The notes under the pieces: generated by a model
Told to the model about the DNA's origin: nothing
Seen by the model: only the letters and a program-made list of their open reading frames with translations
Databases searched by the model: none
Translations under genes and position numbers: made by a program
NCBI GenBank assembly: GCA_964580175.1
Contig: CAZOJS010000250.1
Coordinates: 1 to 49,284 of the forward strand
Reading direction: 5' to 3'
Source of the DNA: an uncultured Anaerolinea sp.
GTDB lineage: Bacteria; Chloroflexota; Limnocylindria; Limnocylindrales; CSP1-4
DNA length: 49,284 nucleotides
In this document: positions 40,147 to 48,258 of the stretch, piece after piece
How positions within the stretch are numbered: position 1 is the first letter of the stretch
How the letters are laid out: the number at the start of each line of letters is the position of its first letter

Positions 40147-41940
40147 ATGCGAGAGGTCCCGGGCCGCAGCAGCACGGCCGGTGCGGTGCTCGTCGCGCTC
40201 GTCGCAGGTGGCCTGATCTTCACCGGGTGTGCCAATCGATCAGCATCGAACGATCCGGCGAGCACGGACCATTCAGCGAGCCCGGACAATCCGGTGAGAT
40301 CGATCGTCATGGACGACTTCGAGTCCGGCGCGCTCGCTGACTGGCGTGCGGTCGGCAGCGGCGCTGGCCGGTGGTTCATCTATACGGACGGCAAACAGGC
40401 ACCCGACCCCGCCTTGAGTGATCCAAACGTTACGTTCAATGTGCCGGACCCGCCCCAGGGAACCTATGCGGCCGTCACGGACATGGACGGCCCGGGGACG
40501 CGCATCCTCTACCGGGACCTCAGACTGGAGGGGCAGCTGACCCTCCACATGACTGTTTTTTACGTGGGCAGCGCACCGTTCAGCAGCCCGCAGTCCCTGG
40601 CCCACGACCTGCCCGAGGAGAACCAGCAGTTCAGGATCGACCTCATCGATCCCTCGGCGCCGATCGATTCGGTCGCGACCGGCGACGTCCTGGTCAATAT
40701 CTTTCAGACCAAACCCGGCGCGCGCACCCGCCTCGAGCCCACCGAGGTGAGTGTCGACGTGTCTCCGTGGGCCGGCCAATCCGTACGCCTCCGCCTTGCA
40801 GGAACGGACAACGTGGGGCCGTTTCGGGTCGGCGTGGACAACATCGGCTTCGAGCCGATCGATCCGGCCTCGGTCGGCGGCATCCAGCTCCTGGATACAC
40901 CCGAGGCGACGAGCGCCATCGATCTCGTGCTGCACAGGCTGACCGAAGCGGACGCGCTGGCAGCCCTCTCCGCCCGCGCCGAGGACCGTGCCGGCGCGGA
41001 CGAGTTCTCCGGTGCCCTGCTCGTGACTCGAGACGGGACCGTCCTGCTCCAGGACGCCTGGGGTCTGGCCGACCGCGATGCCGGTACGCCGAACACGCTC
41101 GACACACGATTCCGCCTCGGTTCGATGAACAAGATGTTCACCGCGGTCGCGATCCTCCAACTTGTGGAGGCGGGCAAGCTGGCGCTGGACGATCCAATCG
41201 GCACGTATCTGCGCGACTATCCCAACGATGACGTGGCGCGGAAGGTGACCGTGCGCCATCTGCTCACGCACACGGGAGGCACCGGCGACATCTTCGGTCC
41301 GGAGTTCGATCGGAACCGCCTGACCCTCCGCGAGCACGAGGACTATGTTGCCCTGTTCGGCGGACGGGGGCCGGCATTCGAGCCGGGGGCGCGCTTCGAG
41401 TACTCCAATTACGGGTTCGTCCTGCTCGGCGCGATCATCGAGGCAGTGGGCGGTGAGTCGTACTACGACTACGTACGCCACAACGTGTACCGCCCGGCCG
41501 GCATGACCGCCACCGACTCGCTCCCCGAATCCGAGGACGTGCCGAACCGTGCTGGCGGGTACATGAGGTCCTCCCCCGGCGGTTCCTGGGCGCCGAACAC
41601 CGACACCCTGCCGTGGCGCGGCACGGCCGCGGGTGGCGGCTACTCGACCGTCGGCGACCTCCTGCGGTTCGCCGAGGCGTTGGAGTCGGGCGCGTTGATC
41701 TCGAAGGCGTCCCTCGTCGAAGCGACCCGCCCGAACCCGGAGCAGTACGGGTTCGGCTTCGGCATCAACGGCGATGGCACTTTGTTCAGCTACGGTCACG
41801 GCGGCGGAGCACCGGGCATGAACGGCGAGCTCCGAATCTTCCCGGAGCTCGGCTATGTCGTCGTCGGCCTCAGCAACCTGGACCCGCCGGCGGCATCGGC
41901 CCTGGTGGAATTCTTCACGCTCCGAATGCCGGACAAGTAG
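40147..41940 (+). CDS. Probable lipoprotein with an N-terminal domain of unknown function (~250 aa) plus a class C beta-lactamase-type serine hydrolase domain
   Basis: GGAGGTGA Shine-Dalgarno 8 nt upstream. Signal/lipobox LIFTGC. SxxK motif in GSMNKMFT. YSNYG. Confidence 0.83.
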   Translation: MREVPGRSSTAGAVLVALVAGGLIFTGCANRSASNDPASTDHSASPDNPVRSIVMDDFESGALADWRAVGSGAGRWFIYTDGKQAPDPALSDPNVTFNVPDPPQGTYAAVTDMDGPGTRILYRDLRLEGQLTLHMTVFYVGSAPFSSPQSLAHDLPEENQQFRIDLIDPSAPIDSVATGDVLVNIFQTKPGARTRLEPTEVSVDVSPWAGQSVRLRLAGTDNVGPFRVGVDNIGFEPIDPASVGGIQLLDTPEATSAIDLVLHRLTEADALAALSARAEDRAGADEFSGALLVTRDGTVLLQDAWGLADRDAGTPNTLDTRFRLGSMNKMFTAVAILQLVEAGKLALDDPIGTYLRDYPNDDVARKVTVRHLLTHTGGTGDIFGPEFDRNRLTLREHEDYVALFGGRGPAFEPGARFEYSNYGFVLLGAIIEAVGGESYYDYVRHNVYRPAGMTATDSLPESEDVPNRAGGYMRSSPGGSWAPNTDTLPWRGTAAGGGYSTVGDLLRFAEALESGALISKASLVEATRPNPEQYGFGFGINGDGTLFSYGHGGGAPGMNGELRIFPELGYVVVGLSNLDPPAASALVEFFTLRMPDK

Positions 41941-41957
41941 CGCCTGGCGAGAGGGCC

Positions 41958-43001
41958 CTACGCTGCAAGTCGCTCGATGAGCAGGGCCGTCGTCGCGATG
42001 ATGTCGGCGAGTGTCTCGTAATCGAGCGTCTCGGGCGCATCTGTGGGGCGGTGGTAGTTCGGATTGCGGAAGTTGCCCGTGTTGGTGACGTGGATCGCGG
42101 GCAGACCGGCTCGCCAGAAGTGCACGTGGTCGCTCCGGGAGAAGTTGCGGGCTACGGGGACCCTCGCAGCGAGGCGCCCGACGATGGGCAGGTCGACCGG
42201 GTCACGGAGCAGCAGGATCCTGTCTCGACCGATCGTTGCAGCCAGGCAGCGCGCCCACTCGCGGACGAGTCCGGCCGATTTCTGCCGATAGACCGCGACC
42301 ACCATGTCGCCGGCATCTCCCCGCGCCCGCAAACGTGCCACCTGACCCGGGTAGAGCCTGTCAATGCCGGGCGGCACGGTCTGAGTCCCGGGCGTTGGAT
42401 CCATGTAACCGATCGGGTCGAACACGATGGTGGCACTGACTCCGTAGCGGTCCGTGAGCCACGGGACGAGCGGCCCCGAACCGATGAGCCCGATCTCCTC
42501 GAAGTCGGGCGCCGCCAGCACGATCGTCTTCCGCAAGCGGCGGCCCTCGAGGAGGCGCGCCAGCTCCAGCAGCGCCACCACGCCGGCCCCGTTGTCGTCG
42601 GCACCCGGTGCGTCCTTGACGGTGTCGTGGTGGGCCACGATGACGATGGCCTCGCGAGCCTCGCCGGGCAGCTCGGCAATCAGGTTCGCGCCGTCCAGGC
42701 GCGCGTAGATGTGCGGCGTCCTCGGGGCTCGGCCAGGGACTTCGTAATCGAGTCCCCCAACGACATCCCTGAGGTGTAGTTCCTGACGCTCCACGCCCCA
42801 GCCGGCAGCACGCCATGCGTCCAGGATGAGGGCGTCCGTGGCCGCCATGGCCTCGGGAGCGTGGAGTCGGCTCCTTGGTGCGGGAAGGGACTCGACGAGG
42901 CGCCGGAGCTGGGCGGGTTTGATCTGTGCCCGCCAGCGCGTGGCGGCGGACTCGAGCGCGCCGTCGGGATCCGGGTACGCCGGCTCGCCGGTCCAAGCCA
43001 T
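41958..43001 (-). CDS. M28-family metallopeptidase
   Basis: VAHHDTV, DDNGAGVVALLELARLL, SDH. Start set at ATG 43001. Confidence 0.8.
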   Translation of the reverse strand: MAWTGEPAYPDPDGALESAATRWRAQIKPAQLRRLVESLPAPRSRLHAPEAMAATDALILDAWRAAGWGVERQELHLRDVVGGLDYEVPGRAPRTPHIYARLDGANLIAELPGEAREAIVIVAHHDTVKDAPGADDNGAGVVALLELARLLEGRRLRKTIVLAAPDFEEIGLIGSGPLVPWLTDRYGVSATIVFDPIGYMDPTPGTQTVPPGIDRLYPGQVARLRARGDAGDMVVAVYRQKSAGLVREWARCLAATIGRDRILLLRDPVDLPIVGRLAARVPVARNFSRSDHVHFWRAGLPAIHVTNTGNFRNPNYHRPTDAPETLDYETLADIIATTALLIERLAA

Positions 43002-43116
43002 TAGCGTTTGACCTCGTGCGTTGGGAGTTCCATTGGATCGCCCTGTTGGCGATCGTACGCCGCCAGCGACGACGGGAAGCCTCGTCCACAATGGCGCGAA
43101 ACCGCAGGAGCCATCG

Positions 43117-43725
43117 ATGACCCACGATCATGACGAGCCCGCACACGACCACGCGCACGGTCACCACGAACACGAGCCGGTCGAGTACGGCGATGCGGTT
43201 CGCGGGTTTCGCGAAGACAAGGACGACTACTTCCGGACCGGCGCCGGAAGCCCCCTGCCGGCAGCGGAACGGGCCGGCTTCGGGGGTCTCCCCTACTTCG
43301 CCATCGACGAGGCGCTCCGTTTCGAAGGGCTGCGCCTCGAGCAGTATGTCGGCAACGAGCCCACGAGTTTCACGATCCCGACGTCGGACAACAAGTTACG
43401 GCCCGCAGAACGTGCCGGCACCTTCCGCTTCAACGTTGGATCGGTCCCCTGCTGGCTGACCGCGTACACCTTCGAGGCCGGTGAACCTGGCTCAGTGTTC
43501 GTGCCGTTCCTGGACGGGACGACGGGCGCCGAGACCTATGGTGCGGGCCGCTACCTCGACCTTGAGCCCGAGGAGGACGGCACCTACGACCTCGATTTCA
43601 ACCTGGCCTACCACCCGTCCTGCGTCTACGACATGCGCTTCTCGTGTCCGCTGACCCCGGCTGAGAACCGCCTGCCGGTGCGGATCGAGGCCGGGGAACG
43701 CCTGGGCGAGGGCCACGCGGGCTGA
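43117..43725 (+). CDS. DUF1684-domain protein with a His-rich N-terminus
   Basis: FREDKDDYFR, LPYFAID, NLAYHPSCVYDMRFSCPLTPAENRLPVRIEAGE. Start at ATG 43117. Confidence 0.8.
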   Translation: MTHDHDEPAHDHAHGHHEHEPVEYGDAVRGFREDKDDYFRTGAGSPLPAAERAGFGGLPYFAIDEALRFEGLRLEQYVGNEPTSFTIPTSDNKLRPAERAGTFRFNVGSVPCWLTAYTFEAGEPGSVFVPFLDGTTGAETYGAGRYLDLEPEEDGTYDLDFNLAYHPSCVYDMRFSCPLTPAENRLPVRIEAGERLGEGHAG

Positions 43726-43776
43726 CCCGCAGCGGCCACCGTGAGGACGACAACCCGCAGGTCCAATCCGTGTCCT

Positions 43777-45009
43777 TTAGCAGGCCTTTCCCCGCACCAG
43801 GTCGATGAGCCTATCGAGGACGCGTTCACCGTCCGCGCGGAGCCCGTTGTGCTGGAATTCGTCCGTCTGCCACGTCCGCAGACCTCGAATCGTGGCCGCC
43901 GTCTGCTCCGCAAAGTCCCGCTCCACGTACAGATCGTTGACATAGATCGTCGCGGCCACCGGAACGTCGTTGCGTCGGAGCTGGTCGGCGTCGTAGAGCG
44001 CCGGCCAGGGATGCTCCGCGAGGATCTCCGCGGCCGCGCGCTGCGGCTGCAGGGCGGCGTAGTCCTCCCACATCCACGGGAAGACATGCTCCGCGGTGAA
44101 GTAGCCCTCCTCGGCTATCTCGCCGGGCAGCAGACGCTGCGACGACCAGCGCGTGGCAACGCCGTCCGCATACGACGACTCATGGAGCGTCGCGTAGATC
44201 GGGTTGCGGCTGAACCGGACGCCGGCTTCGACATCGTGGAGGAACGCTCTTGACCCGAAGGGCAGCTCGATCACGTGGTGGAGCAGCTCGAAGCCCGCAC
44301 TGTCGCCAAGCCACAGGCCCAGCTGGCGAAATCGCCGCCCGGTCAACCGGTCACCGGACGGCAGCCGAACGTCTCCAGAGTCCAGCCGGCCCAGGATGTC
44401 TCGAACGCGCGCCTGGTCATCCGGATAGCGCTCGAAGTACCGGCGATTTGCCGCCAGAAGTCGCCTGTATGTCGCGCCGTAGATGTCGTCGACCGGTCGC
44501 CCGATCGGCGACAGCCCACCCGTGATGAACGCCTCCCGGAGCCCATCCGGCGCGATCGAGAGATAGGTCATCGAGGTGAACCCACCAAAGCTTTGTCCAA
44601 GGACGCTCCAGCGCTCAACGCCCAGCTCGACGCGGATCCGCTCGGCGTCCCGAACGATCGAGTCCGCGCGGAAGTGCGTCAGGTACGCGGCCTGATCCTC
44701 CGGCGTGTCGCCGGGAATCGCCGATCCGACCGGCGTCGATCGGCCCGTTCCGCGCTGATCGAGCAGGAGCACGCGATATTCCGTGAGGGCCCGCTTCATC
44801 CAGCCGGTCGGCGGGCTCGTCGGTCGGGTCGCCTCGAACCCTGGGCCACCCTGGAGGAACACGAGATAGGGCTTCTCGAGGCCGTCGGGCGAGGCCACTT
44901 CGCGGGTGAATACGACGATCGATGGGCCGTCCGGCCGTCCGTGGTCAAGGGGGACGGTGTGCTCGCGCTCAATGAGTCTTGCGCCGGGCACCTGGTAGGT
45001 CGCGGTCAT
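43777..45009 (-). CDS. Prolyl aminopeptidase-type alpha/beta hydrolase (S33)
   Basis: FLQGGPGFEA, nucleophile elbow GQSFGG. Start at ATG 45009. Confidence 0.82.
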   Translation of the reverse strand: MTATYQVPGARLIEREHTVPLDHGRPDGPSIVVFTREVASPDGLEKPYLVFLQGGPGFEATRPTSPPTGWMKRALTEYRVLLLDQRGTGRSTPVGSAIPGDTPEDQAAYLTHFRADSIVRDAERIRVELGVERWSVLGQSFGGFTSMTYLSIAPDGLREAFITGGLSPIGRPVDDIYGATYRRLLAANRRYFERYPDDQARVRDILGRLDSGDVRLPSGDRLTGRRFRQLGLWLGDSAGFELLHHVIELPFGSRAFLHDVEAGVRFSRNPIYATLHESSYADGVATRWSSQRLLPGEIAEEGYFTAEHVFPWMWEDYAALQPQRAAAEILAEHPWPALYDADQLRRNDVPVAATIYVNDLYVERDFAEQTAATIRGLRTWQTDEFQHNGLRADGERVLDRLIDLVRGKAC

Positions 45010-45103
45010 CGCAGAAGGATAGCCGCCGGCAGCACTCGACACGGGGCCTGCGGACCACGATCCCGGCAATTGCGTTCGGGAAGTGACCGCGCGCGCCGGC
45101 CGC

Positions 45104-45511
45104 TCATTGGAACTCCGGCTCGAGTTGTTCGAACAGCGTGAGCTGGAGCCCGCCCGGCCCGTTCAGCCGAGCGTTCCGTGAGCGCCACGGCGTCTCGGTC
45201 GGGGGCGCGATCAACTCGGCCCCGGCCGCGAGCGCCGCTGCGGTTGCCCCGACTGCATCCGCAACTTGGAGTGCCACCCTGAGGTGCCCCGCAGCCCGGT
45301 GGCCGACCTCGATCTGATCCACATATGCCGCGTGCGGCGGATCCGCGATCTCGAGCGTGGCGCGCCCGGCATCAAGGATCACGACCCGGGTTTCGGTCGT
45401 GCTGAAGGCCGCGAGCTCGGCCATTCCGAGGGTGTCGCGGTAGAACGCGAGCGCGGCCTCGTAGTCAGGCGCCGTCACGACTAACCGCATTTCGAGCACC
45501 CCTGCACCCAT
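45104..45511 (-). CDS. VOC/glyoxalase-family protein
   Basis: About 135 aa. AFYRDTLGM and paired beta-alpha-beta-beta-beta modules by eye. GGAGG Shine-Dalgarno 6 nt upstream of ATG 45511. Confidence 0.75.
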   Translation of the reverse strand: MGAGVLEMRLVVTAPDYEAALAFYRDTLGMAELAAFSTTETRVVILDAGRATLEIADPPHAAYVDQIEVGHRAAGHLRVALQVADAVGATAAALAAGAELIAPPTETPWRSRNARLNGPGGLQLTLFEQLEPEFQ

Positions 45512-45630
45512 CCCAGACCTCCTTCGCGCCTACTTCAACGTCGATCACCTGACGCTAGCAAACGGCGCGGCGGATGTCCGAGTCGAATGGACGGCGAATA
45601 GTGCGGTACTCTCGAGTGCCGGAGGATCGA

Positions 45631-46029
45631 ATGGCCCCACAGAAACCCCGCCCGAAACCCGAGCGCATCAGGATCGAGAACGTCAATCATCCGGGCAAGA
45701 CCACGCCTGTGGATGCGGGCATGTACAGCGCCATGCGCGACGCCCTGCTCGGCGTGCTGCCCGAAGCGGCGCCGGGCATGACCGAGGGGCAGATGCGCGT
45801 GGCAGTCACACCTAAACTGCCGGCCGAGCTGTATCCAGGCGGGGCCAGGGTCGGCTGGTGGTGCAAGGCCGTCCAGCTCGATCTCGAGGCCAAGGGAGAA
45901 ATCACCCGGGAGCTGTCGCGGCCCTTACGCTGGCATCGGCCGGCGGAAGTTTCGCGGCCGTCGGACGTCCGCTTTTCACGCGACGGCGGGAACCGTCCGC
46001 ACCGGCACGGTGGCGACCGTACGCCCTAG
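45631..46029 (+). CDS. Hypothetical protein
   Basis: GGAGGA Shine-Dalgarno 5 nt upstream of ATG 45631. IRIENVNHPGKTTPVD..., then a basic disordered tail. Family not confidently recognised. Confidence 0.55.
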   Translation: MAPQKPRPKPERIRIENVNHPGKTTPVDAGMYSAMRDALLGVLPEAAPGMTEGQMRVAVTPKLPAELYPGGARVGWWCKAVQLDLEAKGEITRELSRPLRWHRPAEVSRPSDVRFSRDGGNRPHRHGGDRTP

Positions 46030-46060
46030 GACCGGCTGATCGGACTCGGCCCCTCCACCG

Positions 46061-46732
46061 TCACCCGAATTCCCAGAACGGCCCTCCGAGTCCGAGCCCA
46101 TCCAGGATCGTCTGGCTCTGCTCGCGGGTGCGCGGCTGCCAGTCAGGATCCAACCGGTCGCTCCACCACGCGTTTGCGAGCTCGGCGAGCTTGCTGAGCG
46201 GGAGTGTTGCCCCGCTCGCACGGCCTGCGAGCCACGCCCTGACATGTGCTTCCGACCGGAAGAGCAGCATCGTGCTTCAGGTGAAGCCGATGTCCTGCCA
46301 CCAGGAGACCGCCGGCACGAGGACGTGGAAGACGAGATTTGAGTCATCCGGCAGACCGTCACGGACCGTGATCTCGAGTGGCGCATGGCAATCCGCACAC
46401 TCCGCGCGGATGGTGCTGTCCACCTTCAGTGCAGCGCCGATCCCGAACGCGTCCCAGCCGCAGTTGGCGAACCAGGACCGCCCTCCGGCTTCGACCCGAA
46501 AAGGGGTCGGCTGCGCGGAGAACGGATTGGCCATCCGGATTTCGCCGCCGTGGTCAAGGACGAGCGCGTGGCCTTCGTGGAGCCGCGCCCACCCGTCTCG
46601 GACCGCTGACTCCGCAAGACCGCTCGCCGCGGCCACCTCCCCCACGAACGGTGCCCTGCCGAGCTGGACGAACAGGCGGTAGGTTTCATTCCGAATCGCG
46701 AGATCGATGGGTTCCATGTTGCGGCTGATCAT
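46061..46732 (-). CDS. Alkylmercury lyase (MerB)-family protein with one in-frame TGA at 46279-46277 (candidate selenocysteine, or a nonsense pseudogene)
   Basis: NCGWD aligns with MerB WCALD (Cys96/Asp99). The TGA aligns with the MerB Cys159/160 pair. The two ORF-track pieces (46277-46732 and 46061-46270) are in the same frame. Confidence 0.65.
46249..46262 (-). promoter_or_regulatory. SECIS-like hairpin CUUCC-GGUC-GGAAG downstream of the in-frame UGA
   Basis: 5-bp stem with a GGUC tetraloop. The loop starts 22 nt after the U of UGA. Confidence 0.35.
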
Positions 46733-46819
46733 AGGCCGCCGACCCGTCGATCGGGCGTCCAGGTGCCGTGCAATCTCGGGTACATTCTCAGGCGACCCGC
46801 CCGCGGACCGGAGGATCGG

Positions 46820-47893
46820 ATGACCCAGCGACTCGCCCTGCTCATCGGAACGCCCAAGGGTGCCTTCATCTTCGAAGGCGATGCAGGCCGGCGCGACTGG
46901 CGCCTTCGTGGCCCGCTGTGCGAGGGCTGGCCAATCCACGACATCTCCGTCGATCCCGATTCCGGTGCGCTGCTGGCGGGCGGTGCCAGCCCCTGGTACG
47001 GCGCCGCGGTCTGGCGGAGTGCCGACCTGGGCGCTTCCTGGACCCACTCCAGCGAGGGCCTGACCTACGGCGAGGACGGCCCGAAGGTGACGGCCGTCTG
47101 GAACGTGACCGCGAGCCACGGAACCATCTACGCCGGGGTCCAGCCGGCGGGCCTCTTTCGAAGCAGGGATGACGGGGCGACCTGGGAACACGTGGAGGGC
47201 CTGACCAACCACCCAACACGCCCGGAGTGGCAGCCCGGAGCCGGCGGCCTGATCCTCCATTCGATCGTTCCCCATCGCACCGATTCCCGGCGGATGTGGG
47301 TGGGCATCTCGGCGGTGGGCACGTTCGAAACGCAGGACGGCGGAGCGACCTGGGAGACGAGGAATGGCGGCGTCCGCGCCGATTTCGCGCCGGTGCAGTA
47401 TCCCGAGTTCGGGCAGTGCGTCCACAAGCTGGTCATGGCGGCTGATGGGGGCGAGCACCTCTACCAGCAGAACCATTGCGGCGTCTACCGCTCCGCGGAC
47501 GGCGGCCGGGTGTGGGAGGAAATCACGCCCGGGCTGCCTTCCGAATTCGGCTTCCCGATGGCTGCCCACCCGCGGGACGCACTGATGGTCTGGACGATCC
47601 CGCTCAACGGTGCCGATCGCGGCCGCTATGTGCCCGACGGCAGCGCCGGCGTCTGGCGGACCCACGACGGCGGCAACTCCTGGCTTCGCTCCGGCGATGG
47701 ACTGCCGCAGCAGGAGGCGTACCTGAGTGTGCTCCGAGAGGCGATGGCAATCGATCGCCTCGATCCGGTCGGGGTGTACTTCGGCACCGCCAGCGGGCAC
47801 CTGTACGGAAGTTCCGATGAAGGGCGGTCCTGGCATCTCATTGCCGACAACCTGCCACCAATCTGGTCCGTTGAGGCCGCCGTTCTTGAGTGA
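46820..47893 (+). CDS. BNR/Asp-box repeat (sialidase-fold-like) protein
   Basis: Six SxDxGxxW boxes (SADLGASW, SRDDGATW, TQDGGATW, SADGGRVW, THDGGNSW, SSDEGRSW). GGAGGA Shine-Dalgarno 4 nt before ATG 46820. Confidence 0.8.
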   Translation: MTQRLALLIGTPKGAFIFEGDAGRRDWRLRGPLCEGWPIHDISVDPDSGALLAGGASPWYGAAVWRSADLGASWTHSSEGLTYGEDGPKVTAVWNVTASHGTIYAGVQPAGLFRSRDDGATWEHVEGLTNHPTRPEWQPGAGGLILHSIVPHRTDSRRMWVGISAVGTFETQDGGATWETRNGGVRADFAPVQYPEFGQCVHKLVMAADGGEHLYQQNHCGVYRSADGGRVWEEITPGLPSEFGFPMAAHPRDALMVWTIPLNGADRGRYVPDGSAGVWRTHDGGNSWLRSGDGLPQQEAYLSVLREAMAIDRLDPVGVYFGTASGHLYGSSDEGRSWHLIADNLPPIWSVEAAVLE

Positions 47894-48167
47894 AGCGCCG
47901 GCGCCCGCCATCGTTCACCTGCCGCGGTCCCTGGTTGCACTGTTTCCCGGTGCCTCGAGACGCCTTGAGGCGTGCGGCGCGACGGTGGCCGAAGTGATCG
48001 ATGACCTCGATCGTCAGGTCCCTGGATTGCGCAACCGCGTCCTGGACAGTGGTCCCACGATCCGGACACATCTCAACGTGTTCGTCGCCGGCCAGCTCGC
48101 GGCACTCAGCACCCCGGTGCCGCCCGGCGCAGGCGTTCACATCATTCCCGCCGTCTCGGGCGGATAG
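47886..48167 (+). CDS. MoaD/ThiS-family ubiquitin-like sulfur-carrier protein (C-terminal GG)
   Basis: IVHLPRSLVALFPG...GATVAEVIDDLDRQVPGLRNRV...HIIPAVSGG-stop. The only canonical start is TTG 47886, overlapping the upstream stop. Confidence 0.78.
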   Translation: MSEAPAPAIVHLPRSLVALFPGASRRLEACGATVAEVIDDLDRQVPGLRNRVLDSGPTIRTHLNVFVAGQLAALSTPVPPGAGVHIIPAVSGG

Positions 48168-48258
48168 CCCCGTTGTCCGCACCGGCCGTTGCGGTTTCTC
48201 CAGCCAGCGCCCATCGGAAGAAGTCTCGGCAGCGGAAGCCGACCCTCGGGGCCCCTGC

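Noticed and set aside
46733-47911. Upstream ~390 codons of the 544-aa minus-strand ORF that ends as the MerB-like gene
   Set aside because: This part is antisense to the BNR/Asp-box gene. MerB-like similarity starts only at ATG 46732.
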